Source of the DNA: Heterodontus francisci
Lineage: Eukaryota
Assembly: GCF_036365525.1 (NCBI RefSeq)
Contig: NC_090415.1
Span: forward strand, 11,036,001 to 11,100,000
Length of the DNA: 64,000 bases
Reading direction: 5' to 3'
The first letter of the stretch is position 1; each line of letters begins with the position of its first letter. Made by a program: the position numbers and the translations under genes. The notes under the pieces were generated by a model. The model saw only the letters and a list, made by a program, of their open reading frames with translations. It was not told the origin of the DNA and did not search any database. Positions 63,376 through 64,000 of the stretch are shown here, piece after piece.

Positions 63376-63706
63376 AGAGTCATAGAGAGATACAACACTG
63401 AAACAGGTCCTTCGGCCCACCGAGTCTGTGCCGATCATCAACCACCCATTCATACTATTCCTACATTAATCCCACATTCCCTACCACATTCCTATCTTCC
63501 CTCAATTCTCCTACCTGTACTAGGGGCAATTTACGATTGCCAATTTGCCTATCAACCTGCAAGTGTTTGGCTGTGGGAGCAAACCGGAGCTCCTGGCGGA
63601 AACCCAAGCATTCACAGGGAGAACTTGCAAACTGCGCACAGGCAGTACCCAGAACTGAACCCGGGTCGCTGGGGCTATGAGTTTGCGGTGTTCATCACTG
63701 TGTGGC
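63376..63706 (-). mobile_element. tRNA-derived SINE (HE1/V-SINE-like)
   Basis: Positional paralog of 7549-7850, retaining more of the 5' head. Confidence 0.85.
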
Positions 63707-63784
63707 CCTAAAAGGTAGTACTGTTAAAAAAAAAAGCCTTACAAATATAAGAGGAAATTAAAACGCATTCCATCTAATAAGCAT

Positions 63785-64000
63785 CTAAATGCCCAAATCC
63801 AGTAGTACAAACTCTTTTATGAATTTATTTAATAATTTGGCCTCAACTCTTTTCTGTGGTAGAGAATTCCACAGGTTCACCACTCCCTGGGTGAAGAAAT
63901 CCCTCCTCATCTCAGTCCTAAATGTCTTACCCCTTATCTTTAGACTGTCACCCCTGGTCCTGGACTCCCCCGCCATCAGGAACATCCTTCCTACATCTAG
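63785..64000 (-). mobile_element. CR1-group LINE 3' fragment
   Basis: RTRGDSLKIRGK...FFTQGVVNLWNSLP. Confidence 0.85.

Overview
Eukaryotic, repeat-rich window, most likely a cartilaginous fish (inferred from HE1/V-SINE-type tRNA SINEs and their CR1/HER1-like partner LINEs). It holds a replication-dependent histone locus of nine intronless genes, each with a 3' stem-loop. One complete quintet (H2B> H2A> <H3 <H4 <H1) lies at 28.6-33.7 kb. Two closely related H2B>H2A doublets lie at 4.6-6.4 kb and 59.2-61.0 kb; in both, the H3 CDS is missing at or next to its stop codon and an inverted, decayed H2B 3' end follows. The spacers between histone modules are themselves duplicated. They carry four decayed copies of an unnamed spliced gene (NRF1-type promoter in two copies, long first exon, constant 84-nt second exon) and kilobases of a degenerate, strand-biased 41-bp tandem repeat. 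The rest is retroelements: four 5'-truncated RTE LINEs (one with an unbroken ~970-codon ORF and an 8-bp TSD in an H2B CCAAT box), many CR1-group fragments, Penelope-like (GIY-YIG) fragments with hammerhead-like termini, and eight SINEs. Histone, stem-loop and TSD coordinates were counted directly. Boundaries of decayed repeats are approximate, and family names come from motif recognition, not database searches.
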